Below, in pieces: positions 18,608-28,077 of a stretch of 64,000 bases of DNA. Position 1 is the stretch's first letter, and each line of letters starts with the position of its first letter. The stretch is from positions 1 to 64,000 of IMG/VR virus record IMGVR_UViG_3300020156_000004; one strand, written 5' to 3'. Source of the DNA: a virus. The notes below the pieces were generated by a model. The model did not search any database and was not told the DNA's origin. It was given only the letters and a program-made list of their open reading frames with translations. Position numbers and translations under genes: made by a program.

Positions 18608-19413
18608 TATTACTTACCCTATTATCATTCATAGGGTTCGGGCAACATTTTAGTAGAGTAGGTCCGGTTGCAATGCCGGTCCAAACTGGAGGCGGAGGTG
18701 GGGGAACTGGAACTGTAAGTTTTGTAAATGAGGCCAGCAGCCTTGCAATGGGTACCACATCATTATCAGTACCTCTACCTCCAAGCCGGGTAGTTGGAAA
18801 CATAATGGTAATGATTGTGGTAAATAAATACCCGCCAAATGGGGGTACAGTTACTCCAACCGGATGGAGTACGTTTACAAACAATCAAGCGGAGAACTCA
18901 GGGTTAACTGCGGGTGCAGCAAATGGTAATACCCGCACTACAGTATTCTATCGGATTATAGATGGAAGTGAATCGGGTAACGTATCAGTTACCATGACCA
19001 GTGCGAATGTAAGTATAGGTTGGATATTGCAATTTAGTAAATCCGCTGGTACCTGGGCTGTTGCAGGAGCAACCGGAGCAGATAACACTCACAATGGAAC
19101 CACAAGCTTTGATTTAAATACTGACCCGGGATTTACAACCGGGGATATGGCTGTAATGGCTGCAGCTATCAACATGACTACCGGAGTGGCAGTATTAGGG
19201 GAATCTGCAACCTTAACTGTTCCCGGAATTACTGCTTGGTCAGCTCAAAGTGGTAACACAGATAACTCAACCACCGGGGATGATATTAGGTTGTTCTATT
19301 TATACAAGGGAGTAACCACAGGAACCTCATCAGGTATACCTTCCTATTCACATACCATAACTCAAAACTCAGCTACCTCAATGGTACTGGTTAGATTAAG
19401 AGCCCAATTATGA
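18577..19413 (+). CDS. hypothetical fibre-associated protein (possible signal peptide; start ambiguous)
   Basis: The long form begins MGYYGRYCLVILLTLLSFIGFG|Q and overlaps the upstream gene by 31 nt. An alternative in-frame ATG lies at 18673. A Gly6 tract is followed by a beta-rich sequence. Confidence 0.5.
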   Translation: MGYYGRYCLVILLTLLSFIGFGQHFSRVGPVAMPVQTGGGGGGTGTVSFVNEASSLAMGTTSLSVPLPPSRVVGNIMVMIVVNKYPPNGGTVTPTGWSTFTNNQAENSGLTAGAANGNTRTTVFYRIIDGSESGNVSVTMTSANVSIGWILQFSKSAGTWAVAGATGADNTHNGTTSFDLNTDPGFTTGDMAVMAAAINMTTGVAVLGESATLTVPGITAWSAQSGNTDNSTTGDDIRLFYLYKGVTTGTSSGIPSYSHTITQNSATSMVLVRLRAQL

Positions 19414-21269
19414 AAATTCTATTCACGTTCTTACTTAGTTTAATATCTATGCTGGGCATAGCCCAGGCTCCGCTAGTCAACTATTTCGGTCAAGATACTG
19501 CGATCTTTCAGGGAGACGAATATGAGACGACTACGGAGATATATTTCATGATGCCGGGATTTCAGGATTCCGGCTTTGTTATGAACATAGGGGGTGGTAG
19601 ATTAAAATTCGTTCACAAGGATAGTCTGAATCTTGGAGGTACTCCGACATGGGGTACTATAGAAGGAGACCCAGCAGATCAAACAGATTTGATGGCTCTA
19701 CTAAATGCCAAGGCACCCATTAATAATGCTACTTTCACTGGGACAACCACAACCGGGTTCTTATTCACAAACTCCTCTGGTAGTACAAATTCAGATTTAG
19801 CGGTATGGGCTGGAACTGCCCAGAGTAATAGCAATTCAAACCTTCAATTTAAAGGTAGTACAAACACCCTATCAAGAATATGGGAAAGGGGTGATGCCTT
19901 CCCAACCATTACCAATGGATATGCTTATGTAGGTCATGCAATAGGTAGACAAGGAGTAACAGAGCCATCCTCTGGAAGTATACCCCTAATATCCGCCTTA
20001 GGAATCAGAGCTCCCAATGTAGTTAATGGTGGAGCTGAGGTAACAAATGCAGCCACTGTATATATTGAGGATTCCACGGTAGTATCAACCACCGGAGGCA
20101 GTTTTGCTCTCTGGGTAGATAATGGCCTAGTTAAATTCGATGGAGACCTTAATGTAGATGGGACTATAACTAATCCGGGTTTAACCTCGGCATTAGCGGG
20201 TAAAGCAAATATCTCTCATACCCATGAGATTGAGGATATAACTAACTTACAAACCACCTTAGATGGAAAAGCTAATACATCACATGACCATGATGGAGAT
20301 TATGCAACCACATCCCATACTCATGCCCAGTCAGATATAACCAACCTAGTTACAGATTTAGGTAATAAGGCTCCCATCAATGATGCCTCTTTAACCGGAA
20401 CCTTGAAGATAGGGGGTGGAGTAACTACCACCATACTTGATGGAAATGGAAGTACATTCTCACCACAAACTATATTAAGCAATACCTCTCAAGCAGGCTT
20501 TGCAGTATATGCTAACGATGGAACTTTGAATGGGAGGGTAGGATTATTCATGGATGCTACCAACTCCCTGGGCGGTATATCCATGACACAGGGTGGAAGT
20601 TCATTTCCTTTTGTTATAAGAAACTCGGGGGGCGAGAGATTAAGGATAAATGCCAATGGTACACTGAAGTTAAATGCCTATGGAATTTCTAATGGCCTAT
20701 TGGTAACTAATGGAAGTGGGGATGTATCGAGTGTAAATCTTTCAGGAACCGGAATTAGATTATTGACCGCGGCTGCTGATGGTTCGTTGGGGTCAATCAC
20801 TATGCCAAGCTTACCCTACATAGTGAGGATGGGTTCAGATTATCAAACTCCATCGGGTGCAGCAGCAGGTTCATTAAATACGGTAACTGATTTTGGATTT
20901 CCAGTCCTAGCAAACAAGACTTACAAATTCTCAATATATGCGGTATATGAGCCTGACCCCGGTAGCTCTACAACTAATGGGGCAGGATTTTCTCTTTCAG
21001 GCCCTGCTGCTAACTTTGCATCTGCCTTAATATACCAACAGGATGTTTCTACCATAACATTCTTGGATTATAATATGAGGGCTTTTGGAAATACCAGTGG
21101 ATTATCTACTGGCTCCCTATCCACGGGTAACCTGGTTTTTATTAATGGAACCGTAAGTTGCTCCTCATCAGGTACAGTATCTTTATCAGTTGCCTCGGAA
21201 CTAGCTGGGCCATCGTATATAAAAATTAAAGCCAATGCCTCTTGGATTGAGTACCAACAATTAGATTAA
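19410..21269 (+). CDS. tail fibre protein, N-terminal paralog of the 16070 gene, with signal peptide
   Basis: Signal peptide MKILFTFLLSLISMLGIA|Q. Residues 20-70 align with 16070 (PLV..FGQDT.I..G..Y..TT..Y...G.QDS........GRL.F). There are three HxH motifs and an ITNLQTTLDGKA motif. Confidence 0.65.
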   Translation: MKILFTFLLSLISMLGIAQAPLVNYFGQDTAIFQGDEYETTTEIYFMMPGFQDSGFVMNIGGGRLKFVHKDSLNLGGTPTWGTIEGDPADQTDLMALLNAKAPINNATFTGTTTTGFLFTNSSGSTNSDLAVWAGTAQSNSNSNLQFKGSTNTLSRIWERGDAFPTITNGYAYVGHAIGRQGVTEPSSGSIPLISALGIRAPNVVNGGAEVTNAATVYIEDSTVVSTTGGSFALWVDNGLVKFDGDLNVDGTITNPGLTSALAGKANISHTHEIEDITNLQTTLDGKANTSHDHDGDYATTSHTHAQSDITNLVTDLGNKAPINDASLTGTLKIGGGVTTTILDGNGSTFSPQTILSNTSQAGFAVYANDGTLNGRVGLFMDATNSLGGISMTQGGSSFPFVIRNSGGERLRINANGTLKLNAYGISNGLLVTNGSGDVSSVNLSGTGIRLLTAAADGSLGSITMPSLPYIVRMGSDYQTPSGAAAGSLNTVTDFGFPVLANKTYKFSIYAVYEPDPGSSTTNGAGFSLSGPAANFASALIYQQDVSTITFLDYNMRAFGNTSGLSTGSLSTGNLVFINGTVSCSSSGTVSLSVASELAGPSYIKIKANASWIEYQQLD

Positions 21270-21295
21270 TTAACCCTATAACCTGATTATGTGTA

Positions 21296-21859
21296 ATGAA
21301 CTTTTTAGCGGAATTGGTGGTAAAGGTACTAGAGATGCTTATTACCACGATTCAATGGAGGGGTATCAAGAACAATATGGACCGGGTGGTAACCATATAT
21401 GACTCCATGAAGAATACTATATCCAATACCGAGGTCCAGAGATTTTTGGTTTTGAAATTAGAGAACGGGGGTGGTAAGATTAAACCCAATGTTAATTTAT
21501 ATGCCTCAGTTATTCATGAAGATTATGAGAGCCCTTTTGAATCACACAAACAAGAATACCAAAGATTATTGGTAGACAAAGATTACCTAAATATAATTTC
21601 TACCATAATTAACCAGGGGTATGCGGACATCTTCACCGAGAAGCTCGAAGAAGAAAGCATGATTAAGAAATTATATACCGCTGAAGGGGTAGTATATTCC
21701 GAATGGTATTATCTACACTCTACCAGAAAAGCCATTTTCTTTTGTACCATTGCCACTTCAAATACCCTTGATACCTTCGATCAGCCAAAGCATAGAGCCC
21801 TCATTGACTTAGAGATTAATAAGATAAGGAATGCTATAAGCGGTAAGAAGTATAAATAA
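21296..21859 (+). CDS. hypothetical protein
   Basis: 187 aa ORF between the fibre block and the sheath gene. No motif recognised. Confidence 0.5.
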   Translation: MNFLAELVVKVLEMLITTIQWRGIKNNMDRVVTIYDSMKNTISNTEVQRFLVLKLENGGGKIKPNVNLYASVIHEDYESPFESHKQEYQRLLVDKDYLNIISTIINQGYADIFTEKLEEESMIKKLYTAEGVVYSEWYYLHSTRKAIFFCTIATSNTLDTFDQPKHRALIDLEINKIRNAISGKKYK

Positions 21860-21915
21860 GGACCCTTAAAAGGACGATACTAAACCACTATTATTATATC
21901 GTAAAATTTCAAAAT

Positions 21916-23763
21916 ATGCCCAACACAGCCCAATCAAGAGTTGAGGAAGTTATAAATCAATTTTCTGTCCCAACCCGGACACGCAATATCTACGGGGTAA
22001 TGGGCCCCACCAAAAGAGGGAAGATTAATGACCCTAGAACCATCATCTACTCATGGTCCCAATTCGAGAAAGAATATGGAGGCCTGGTAAATGGTAATGA
22101 CTTTCCATTGCTCTGCAAAAGGGCTCTTGAAAGGGGAGCTGCTCTCCGGGTATGTAACATCAAACATTACACAGATATTACCAGTGCTGCTTCTTTGGAT
22201 GCTGTATTAGCAACCATCGCCTCAACAGACAAGGTGGAATTGGACACTGCTCTAACTGCAGACCATACCATGCAGGTTACCATAAATGGTAATGCAATTA
22301 CCCAAGCCTTTACTATTTCTTCCAAAAGGACTTTGGAACTACTTGCTCTGAAAGTAGTAGCCACCATTCCGGCTATCGTAGAGACAGCCCTTGCAGTTGA
22401 TGCCACTACCCTTATTCTGATTCCTAAAACCGCTGTTACATTAACTACCACATCAATTCCTACCGGAACTGATGCTCCGGAAGCAACTGTTACTCAGGTA
22501 GCCACAATTACAGATGGTACCGATGAGCTCTTCAAATTGAAGCCTATTGCAAAGGGAGCGGATTATAATAATCTGGCTATTTATATCACAAGTGCCGTGA
22601 GCGGTGATACCAATGCCTTCGATTTAAGAATCGTACACCTGGTAGATGGAACTTCGGAAAGTTACCCTGGATTAAAAATCCCAGGTAAACCTACCATTGC
22701 TCAATCCAGCTTCTTGGATAGAGTAAAGAGGAACTCGAAATTAGTTGAAGTAGAATATATAGACCTTAGTGCCGCAACTGCCAATACTCTGAAACCCCAA
22801 ACAATGATTTTGAGGTATAAGTCCGGTACTGATGGTTCGGCTCTGGTATCAAATGATTATATCGGCTCCTCATCTTCTAATACGGGAATGCAGGCTTTCA
22901 ATGCCTATGATGATATGATCGCAATTTGTGCTCCTAACCTTGCGGATTCGGTAGTGCATCTTGCCGGAGATACCTATGCTTTCCTTCGTAAGGATTTGGA
23001 ATATCATGGGCACCTGAGCAATGCTTCAACAACCGAAGATGCCTTGATTACCGAGAGAGATACAATCGGAGTAACCACATCATACTCCAGGTTCTTTGCC
23101 GGTGGGGTACTTATCAATGACCCTTTTACCGGACAAGAAAGGGGTATATCGGAAATGGGAGACGTAATGGGTATCATCGGACATTCCTTTGAGAAATTCG
23201 GAGCCCATTATTCTGCATCTGGAAAACGCCGGGGAGGGTTGATTAATTGCTTGGGAGTAGTAAACAACTTCGGAGCAAAGAGCAATATCCTGAACCTTAA
23301 CCGTCTCGCTAATCGCCAGATTAATACCGTGATTGAAAGGGATGGGGTTGTAATGCTCTGGGGTAATTTTACTGCAACCATTGAAGATAACTCAACCAAA
23401 TGGGCCAACGTAAGAAGTATGCTCATTGATATGAGGAAGTCTATCCTGCCATTGCTTGATAATTATATCGAAGAACCCAACGATATCCCAAGCTGGAGAG
23501 ACCTTTACAGGGATGTGATACCTTACCTGGATTCTCAGGTAGCTAATAGGGCAATCCACTCTTACAATTGGCAGGGTGACCAATTTGCAGAATCACTCGA
23601 GAAGCTCCAGATAAATACCCTGGCTGATGTTCAACAGGGTAAATATAAAGTGAAGCTCTTTGTGAAAGAGGTAGTATCAATGCAGGACATCCTGGTTGAA
23701 ATTACCTTGGATAACTCAACCATCAGCTTTGAAGAAAGCATCGTGGAAGCCAATAACCTCTAA
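21916..23763 (+). CDS. tail sheath protein
   Basis: 615 aa ORF. The C-terminal INTVIERDGVVMLWGNFT matches the conserved sheath motif (vN.i....G.v.wG.rT). The tube gene follows directly. Confidence 0.85.
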   Translation: MPNTAQSRVEEVINQFSVPTRTRNIYGVMGPTKRGKINDPRTIIYSWSQFEKEYGGLVNGNDFPLLCKRALERGAALRVCNIKHYTDITSAASLDAVLATIASTDKVELDTALTADHTMQVTINGNAITQAFTISSKRTLELLALKVVATIPAIVETALAVDATTLILIPKTAVTLTTTSIPTGTDAPEATVTQVATITDGTDELFKLKPIAKGADYNNLAIYITSAVSGDTNAFDLRIVHLVDGTSESYPGLKIPGKPTIAQSSFLDRVKRNSKLVEVEYIDLSAATANTLKPQTMILRYKSGTDGSALVSNDYIGSSSSNTGMQAFNAYDDMIAICAPNLADSVVHLAGDTYAFLRKDLEYHGHLSNASTTEDALITERDTIGVTTSYSRFFAGGVLINDPFTGQERGISEMGDVMGIIGHSFEKFGAHYSASGKRRGGLINCLGVVNNFGAKSNILNLNRLANRQINTVIERDGVVMLWGNFTATIEDNSTKWANVRSMLIDMRKSILPLLDNYIEEPNDIPSWRDLYRDVIPYLDSQVANRAIHSYNWQGDQFAESLEKLQINTLADVQQGKYKVKLFVKEVVSMQDILVEITLDNSTISFEESIVEANNL

Positions 23764-23790
23764 TTAAAAATTCAATAAACTAGACATACC

Positions 23791-24246
23791 ATGCCGGTTA
23801 AAATAGCTAACCCCCGTAAACAATTCCAATTTCAGGTATCAATTCCTGGCCTGAATCCTTTTCTTTGCCAGAGGGTAACCACCCCATCACAGGAATTTGA
23901 TGCAGTTACCCACGGAGATACCGGATTTGAAGTTAAGACTGCGGGCATGCTCAAGGTAGGAACTTTGAATATATCTAAGCTGAAAGATGCCAGGGCCTCC
24001 GATTCTTTTTTCAGGAACTGGGCTAGAAGCATCATGGATGTAAGAAGGGGCGGAGGTGACCCACCCTCACAATATAAACAAACCATCATTATTGAGGAGT
24101 TCTCAAATGATGGCCAGACTGTGATCGACCGTAAAGTTCTAATCGGATGTTGGCCTCAGAAACTAAATGGGGTTGAATATAACCGACTGGGCTCTGAGAA
24201 TGTGATTGAAGATATTGAGTTCTGTGTTGATTACGAAGAAATCTAA
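23791..24246 (+). CDS. tail tube protein
   Basis: 151 aa ORF directly after the sheath gene. The N-terminal FQFQVSIPGLNPFLCQRVTTPSQEFD resembles the contractile-tail tube family. Confidence 0.75.
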   Translation: MPVKIANPRKQFQFQVSIPGLNPFLCQRVTTPSQEFDAVTHGDTGFEVKTAGMLKVGTLNISKLKDARASDSFFRNWARSIMDVRRGGGDPPSQYKQTIIIEEFSNDGQTVIDRKVLIGCWPQKLNGVEYNRLGSENVIEDIEFCVDYEEI

Positions 24247-24298
24247 GGCCTGCTTGCTGGGAGACATATAATCATTCGCGCCAAAGGGGTAAGCGATA

Positions 24299-24332
24299 AA
24301 GGGGTTAGGAACATTTTAGTTCTTGACCCCTT
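24299..24332 (+). terminator. 14-bp stem-loop between the tube and chaperone genes (attenuator or RNA-stabiliser candidate)
   Basis: aaggggttaggaac / gttcttgacccctt pair with two G-U wobbles around loop atttta. No T-tract follows. Confidence 0.5.
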
Positions 24333-24368
24333 GTCGTTTATACGGACTATTGTTAATAAACTAAAAAT

Positions 24369-25097
24369 ATGGATGCTTTACTTTTTAAAGGGGAAACCCA
24401 CAAATTAATATTACCATCGGGTAGGTCGGTGGTATTCAGGGAGAACAACGGGGAGGACGAAGAAATCCTAACCCGAATAGGTAATGAAGGAAACAAGAAC
24501 ATTCAAATCTACCTGGCCGGAATCATTGAGGAAGATTCGGAACCTAAACCCGAAGGACTAACTCCCCTTCAACATATAAAGAATATGAAGGTTAATGATG
24601 CCTATTACCTCATGTTCAAACAAAGGTTAATTAACCTGGGGGATAATTTGGAATGGAATCATACCTGTACCACTGAAAGCTGCAAACAAGAAACAGGGTT
24701 GGAGCAAGACCTAAAGGAATTTGATACGTTCACTAAGTATGATAAGGGTAGCGATGCAAAGATCGAGCACAGTCTTTCTAGCGGGAAAAAGATCAGATTT
24801 AAGATATTGACATTAGGACTGGAGGAAAAGCTACTAGACATACCCTTTGCGGATAGAAGCAATGCCACTGTTCTATATACTCGGGAGATAGAAATTTTCT
24901 ATGAGGGGAACTGGGTAAGATGCACCCACCTTAAAATGTTTAGCTCTAAGGACATGGCAGAGATCAGGGCACTGATTAAGAAGTATGATGATAAATGGGA
25001 CCCCATCCTTGAGTTCAAATGCCCGAAATGCCAAACTCCCGCAATCGAAAGACTCCTGGGCATGGCTGATTTTTTCTACCCAGTGGCGAAGCTTTAG
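24369..25097 (+). CDS. tail assembly chaperone (short, zero-frame form)
   Basis: It lies between the tube and tape-measure genes. It ends 21 nt after a T_TTT_TTC slippery heptamer. It has four Cys (CTTESC ... CPKC). Confidence 0.6.
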   Translation: MDALLFKGETHKLILPSGRSVVFRENNGEDEEILTRIGNEGNKNIQIYLAGIIEEDSEPKPEGLTPLQHIKNMKVNDAYYLMFKQRLINLGDNLEWNHTCTTESCKQETGLEQDLKEFDTFTKYDKGSDAKIEHSLSSGKKIRFKILTLGLEEKLLDIPFADRSNATVLYTREIEIFYEGNWVRCTHLKMFSSKDMAEIRALIKKYDDKWDPILEFKCPKCQTPAIERLLGMADFFYPVAKL

Positions 25098-25258
25098 AAT
25101 CCGATGTTCAATGGGCATCAATGCATGCCTTCGGATTGCCCATCGACTACGTCACGTTTAGGAGGATGGGTAGACCCAGAAGAAATAAACTTCTGGAATA
25201 TGCCAAGGAAATTCAAAAGGCAAAATCCAAATCATTAGAAGGCCTTTTTAACATATAA
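24369..25258 (+). CDS. tail assembly chaperone, -1 frameshift-extended form (G-T-like)
   Basis: After a -1 slip at 25070-25076, the frame starting at CTA (25076) stays open for 60 codons (LPSGEALESDVQWASMHAFGLPIDYVTFRRMGRPRRNKLLEYAKEIQKAKSKSLEGLFNI). It stops at 25256-25258, 2 nt before the tape-measure ATG. Confidence 0.55.
25070..25076 (+). other. slippery heptamer T_TTT_TTC (programmed -1 frameshift site candidate)
   Basis: Zero-frame codons are gaT TTT TTC, which gives an X_XXY_YYZ pattern. Confidence 0.55.
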
Positions 25259-25260
25259 CC

Positions 25261-27219
25261 ATGATAGGACTCGGCTCACGGACTCAGCTGGGAATTGGAA
25301 TCGCAGTATACCTCGAGGACAAATTCTCACAGAAGGCCAAATTACTGAATGAAAATCTTAAGGCTCTCCATAAGGGAGCCTTACATCATGTGGATAAGGC
25401 TGCAAGAGACTATAGAAATACCTCTATGCAAATTGCTGCCGGAGCCGCCATCATGACCGCAGGCTTGTATAAGGCCGCAGAAGCAGGAGCAGAATTTGAA
25501 CATAAGATCAGGCAGATAAAGATCGTGGGTGGAAAGGAATTAACCCAGGACATGACCTCTATCTGGAAGAATGCCGAAAGGATTGCTACTTTATATGGAG
25601 AGAGACCCATTGCCGTGGCAGATGCAATGCTGGAGAATGTGAGGGCGGGTATCACAGAGGGCTTGGATGAAATCACAGAACGCCAACTGATGCTCGCTAA
25701 ATCTTCCGGTGAAGCATTGGAAGGTGTACAGGGTGTTGCTCATGGAACCCTGGCAGTATTAGGACAATTCGGGTTGAAGGCTACCCAGATGTATGATTTC
25801 TATGGGTCAAGGATTTCCGGTATCAACTATGTGACCAATGCTTTGCAAGTAGGTGCGAATAAATCAATGGCATCGGTTAATAACATTCAGGAATCACTCC
25901 AATATTTTGGATTCACCGCAGCAAGGGTTAATATGACCTTAGAGGAATCGGTAGCATTGATAGGTCAAATGGCGGCCTCTGGTATTAAAGGTTCTGCTGC
26001 AGGTACTGGTCTTAACAACTTATTAGGTCAATTAACAGGTGCCATAGGAAGCTTTGCCGGACCAAAGAAGAAGGCTGCCCTTGCTAAACTCGGACTCACT
26101 TCTGAGTATGCAATCGAAAAACTGAATGCCGGAAAGACCTATGAGCTCTTGCAAGATATCGCTGCCCTATCTTCTAAACTAAACCTAGCCGAACAGATTG
26201 ATGTGGGTAGAGCCCTATTCAATATCCGGGGTGATAGAGGACAGGTGGCACCATTCCTTGATCTGATTAAGGGAGTTGCCAAAACCAGGGGAGACCTAGA
26301 TGTAGAGAAACTCCGCAGGGATATTATTGAAGGCATCAAGAATGATGAACTCAAGAAGCAAGCAGCCAAAATGACCGACGACCTCTTTACTGATCTAAAG
26401 AGATTCGTTGCTCAGCTCGATGTGTTAAAGAATACATTTGTAAAGGTAGCAGGACCCACTCTACGATTGATGGCTCAATTTGCAACGGCTGCCGTGAAAG
26501 GAGTTACATGGTTATTGGATAGTCCGATAGGAAAGGTATTCGGAAGTCTGGTTGCGGTAGCTGCTCCATTGGTAGCTATATTCTTTGGATTCAAGGCTGT
26601 GATGATTTCTGCTGCCTTTGCAGTAAGAACGTTCACCAATTCAGTATTGATGAGTGCTATGACCAATGGATATGGTTCCAAGGCCTCATGGCTATCCACC
26701 CTAACCGGAGGAGTATTGGGGGGTGCTGGAAAGAGCTCAATTAGATCAGGAAGTTTTGTTCAGGGAGCTTCAGGTAAATGGAGACTTGCTCCCGGACATG
26801 CTCCGATATTAAACCCCGCAACCGGCAAGATGATTAAGCCTGGACAATTTGTACCAACTTCAATGGTAAATGCAGTGGCAAAAGGAACCGGATGGTTACC
26901 CTCAATTGGTAAGGGAATCGGAAGATGGTTACCCATATTAGGACCCATACTCTTGGGAGTAGAGGCCATCAGGGTACTTCTCGGGGATTCCATTGCAGAA
27001 CAAGAAAGACAAGGTAAGCTAATAACCAACCTTGAGTGGCAAAGGGAAATGTTCAGGAATATGGTTAATGACCCTAATATGAGGCCCACTGGATATAATC
27101 CATACACTAAGACCCCGGCCAATATCAATATCCATATTGATGGCGAGAAGGTAGGAGAGGCCAAGGTGGATGATATAAACAATGTTCAAAACCAATTACC
27201 ATTTACATTTAAAAGATAA
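25261..27219 (+). CDS. tail tape measure protein
   Basis: 652 aa ORF. It has a long helical N-terminal half and the hydrophobic segment GSLVAVAAPLVAIFFGFKAVMISAAFAV. It sits after the chaperone/frameshift pair. Confidence 0.85.
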   Translation: MIGLGSRTQLGIGIAVYLEDKFSQKAKLLNENLKALHKGALHHVDKAARDYRNTSMQIAAGAAIMTAGLYKAAEAGAEFEHKIRQIKIVGGKELTQDMTSIWKNAERIATLYGERPIAVADAMLENVRAGITEGLDEITERQLMLAKSSGEALEGVQGVAHGTLAVLGQFGLKATQMYDFYGSRISGINYVTNALQVGANKSMASVNNIQESLQYFGFTAARVNMTLEESVALIGQMAASGIKGSAAGTGLNNLLGQLTGAIGSFAGPKKKAALAKLGLTSEYAIEKLNAGKTYELLQDIAALSSKLNLAEQIDVGRALFNIRGDRGQVAPFLDLIKGVAKTRGDLDVEKLRRDIIEGIKNDELKKQAAKMTDDLFTDLKRFVAQLDVLKNTFVKVAGPTLRLMAQFATAAVKGVTWLLDSPIGKVFGSLVAVAAPLVAIFFGFKAVMISAAFAVRTFTNSVLMSAMTNGYGSKASWLSTLTGGVLGGAGKSSIRSGSFVQGASGKWRLAPGHAPILNPATGKMIKPGQFVPTSMVNAVAKGTGWLPSIGKGIGRWLPILGPILLGVEAIRVLLGDSIAEQERQGKLITNLEWQREMFRNMVNDPNMRPTGYNPYTKTPANINIHIDGEKVGEAKVDDINNVQNQLPFTFKR

Positions 27220-27776
27220 TGCCAGACCCAATAATTAACGACACGGTGATTAATAGGGATATTAATTACACCGAAGACCGGGATATGTTAGGGGCCATGA
27301 ATGGTAATCAAAGGCCCTTTCAACCCTTCATCTACGACCTGGTAACAAAGGAAAAATTGTTCTTTCAAACTATACCGTATGAAATGTCAGAGGAGTCCGA
27401 TTCTCAGTTTGTTGCCGTTGCTATTCCTGGCCGTAATAACCCTCATTATCAATTCACCGGAAGTGAGGACACTATTAAGTTTACCCTTTCATTTTATTCT
27501 GACCATGCTAGCCGAGAGGATGTTATAAGAAAGGTAAGATGGCTCCAGGCACTGACCAAGAATAATGGATATAATGAACCACCCCATCAGGTAATGTTAT
27601 GCTGGGGTATTTTATTTTCCACATCGGTATTCTTAGTAACGGATGTATTACCCAGGCATTCCCAATTCAATAGGGAATACGCTATGTTACCTATGCTTGC
27701 CTCGGTAGAAATAACATTGAAAAGGGTAACAGAAGCTAATAGAACCCGTCAAAATATTTTGAGACATGATACTTGA
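27219..27776 (+). CDS. tail/baseplate protein of unassigned role (tube-initiator position)
   Basis: 185 aa ORF whose start overlaps the tape-measure stop. The call rests on position only. Confidence 0.4.
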   Translation: MPDPIINDTVINRDINYTEDRDMLGAMNGNQRPFQPFIYDLVTKEKLFFQTIPYEMSEESDSQFVAVAIPGRNNPHYQFTGSEDTIKFTLSFYSDHASREDVIRKVRWLQALTKNNGYNEPPHQVMLCWGILFSTSVFLVTDVLPRHSQFNREYAMLPMLASVEITLKRVTEANRTRQNILRHDT

Positions 27777-28077
27777 TATTCAGAGTACCCATCTTAGGGA
27801 AGATAACCCATACTCCACAGGTACCATCATCGACTTCGGTGATGGTGAATTTCTGTTGGAGAGGGAACCTATTGAGTATACTCGATCAACTAAGGATAGA
27901 TATTATACCACTATACAGGGTGAGAGACTGCATGATGTGGCCTTTGCTGCCTGGAAGAACTCGAGAGAATATTGGGTACTGATGGATGTCAATGATATTG
28001 CCTTTCCATTTGAACTTGAAAGGGGAAGTACCTTACTAGTACCAGACTTAGAAAGAATTAAACTCGGAAATTTATGA
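27766..28077 (+). CDS. LysM-like tail protein (P2 gpX-like)
   Basis: YYTTIQGERLHDVAFAAWKNSREYWVLMDVNDIAFPFELERGSTLLVPDL fits the LysM/gpX pattern. Confidence 0.6.
   Translation: MILDIQSTHLREDNPYSTGTIIDFGDGEFLLEREPIEYTRSTKDRYYTTIQGERLHDVAFAAWKNSREYWVLMDVNDIAFPFELERGSTLLVPDLERIKLGNL

Noticed and set aside
6941-21269. Diversity-generating retroelement (template/variable repeat pair) or phase-variable shufflon in the fibre genes.
   Set aside because: No reverse transcriptase or invertase ORF lies in the window. Repeat copies differ mainly at synonymous third positions rather than at adenine-specific sites, and no near-identical DNA repeat pair was seen.
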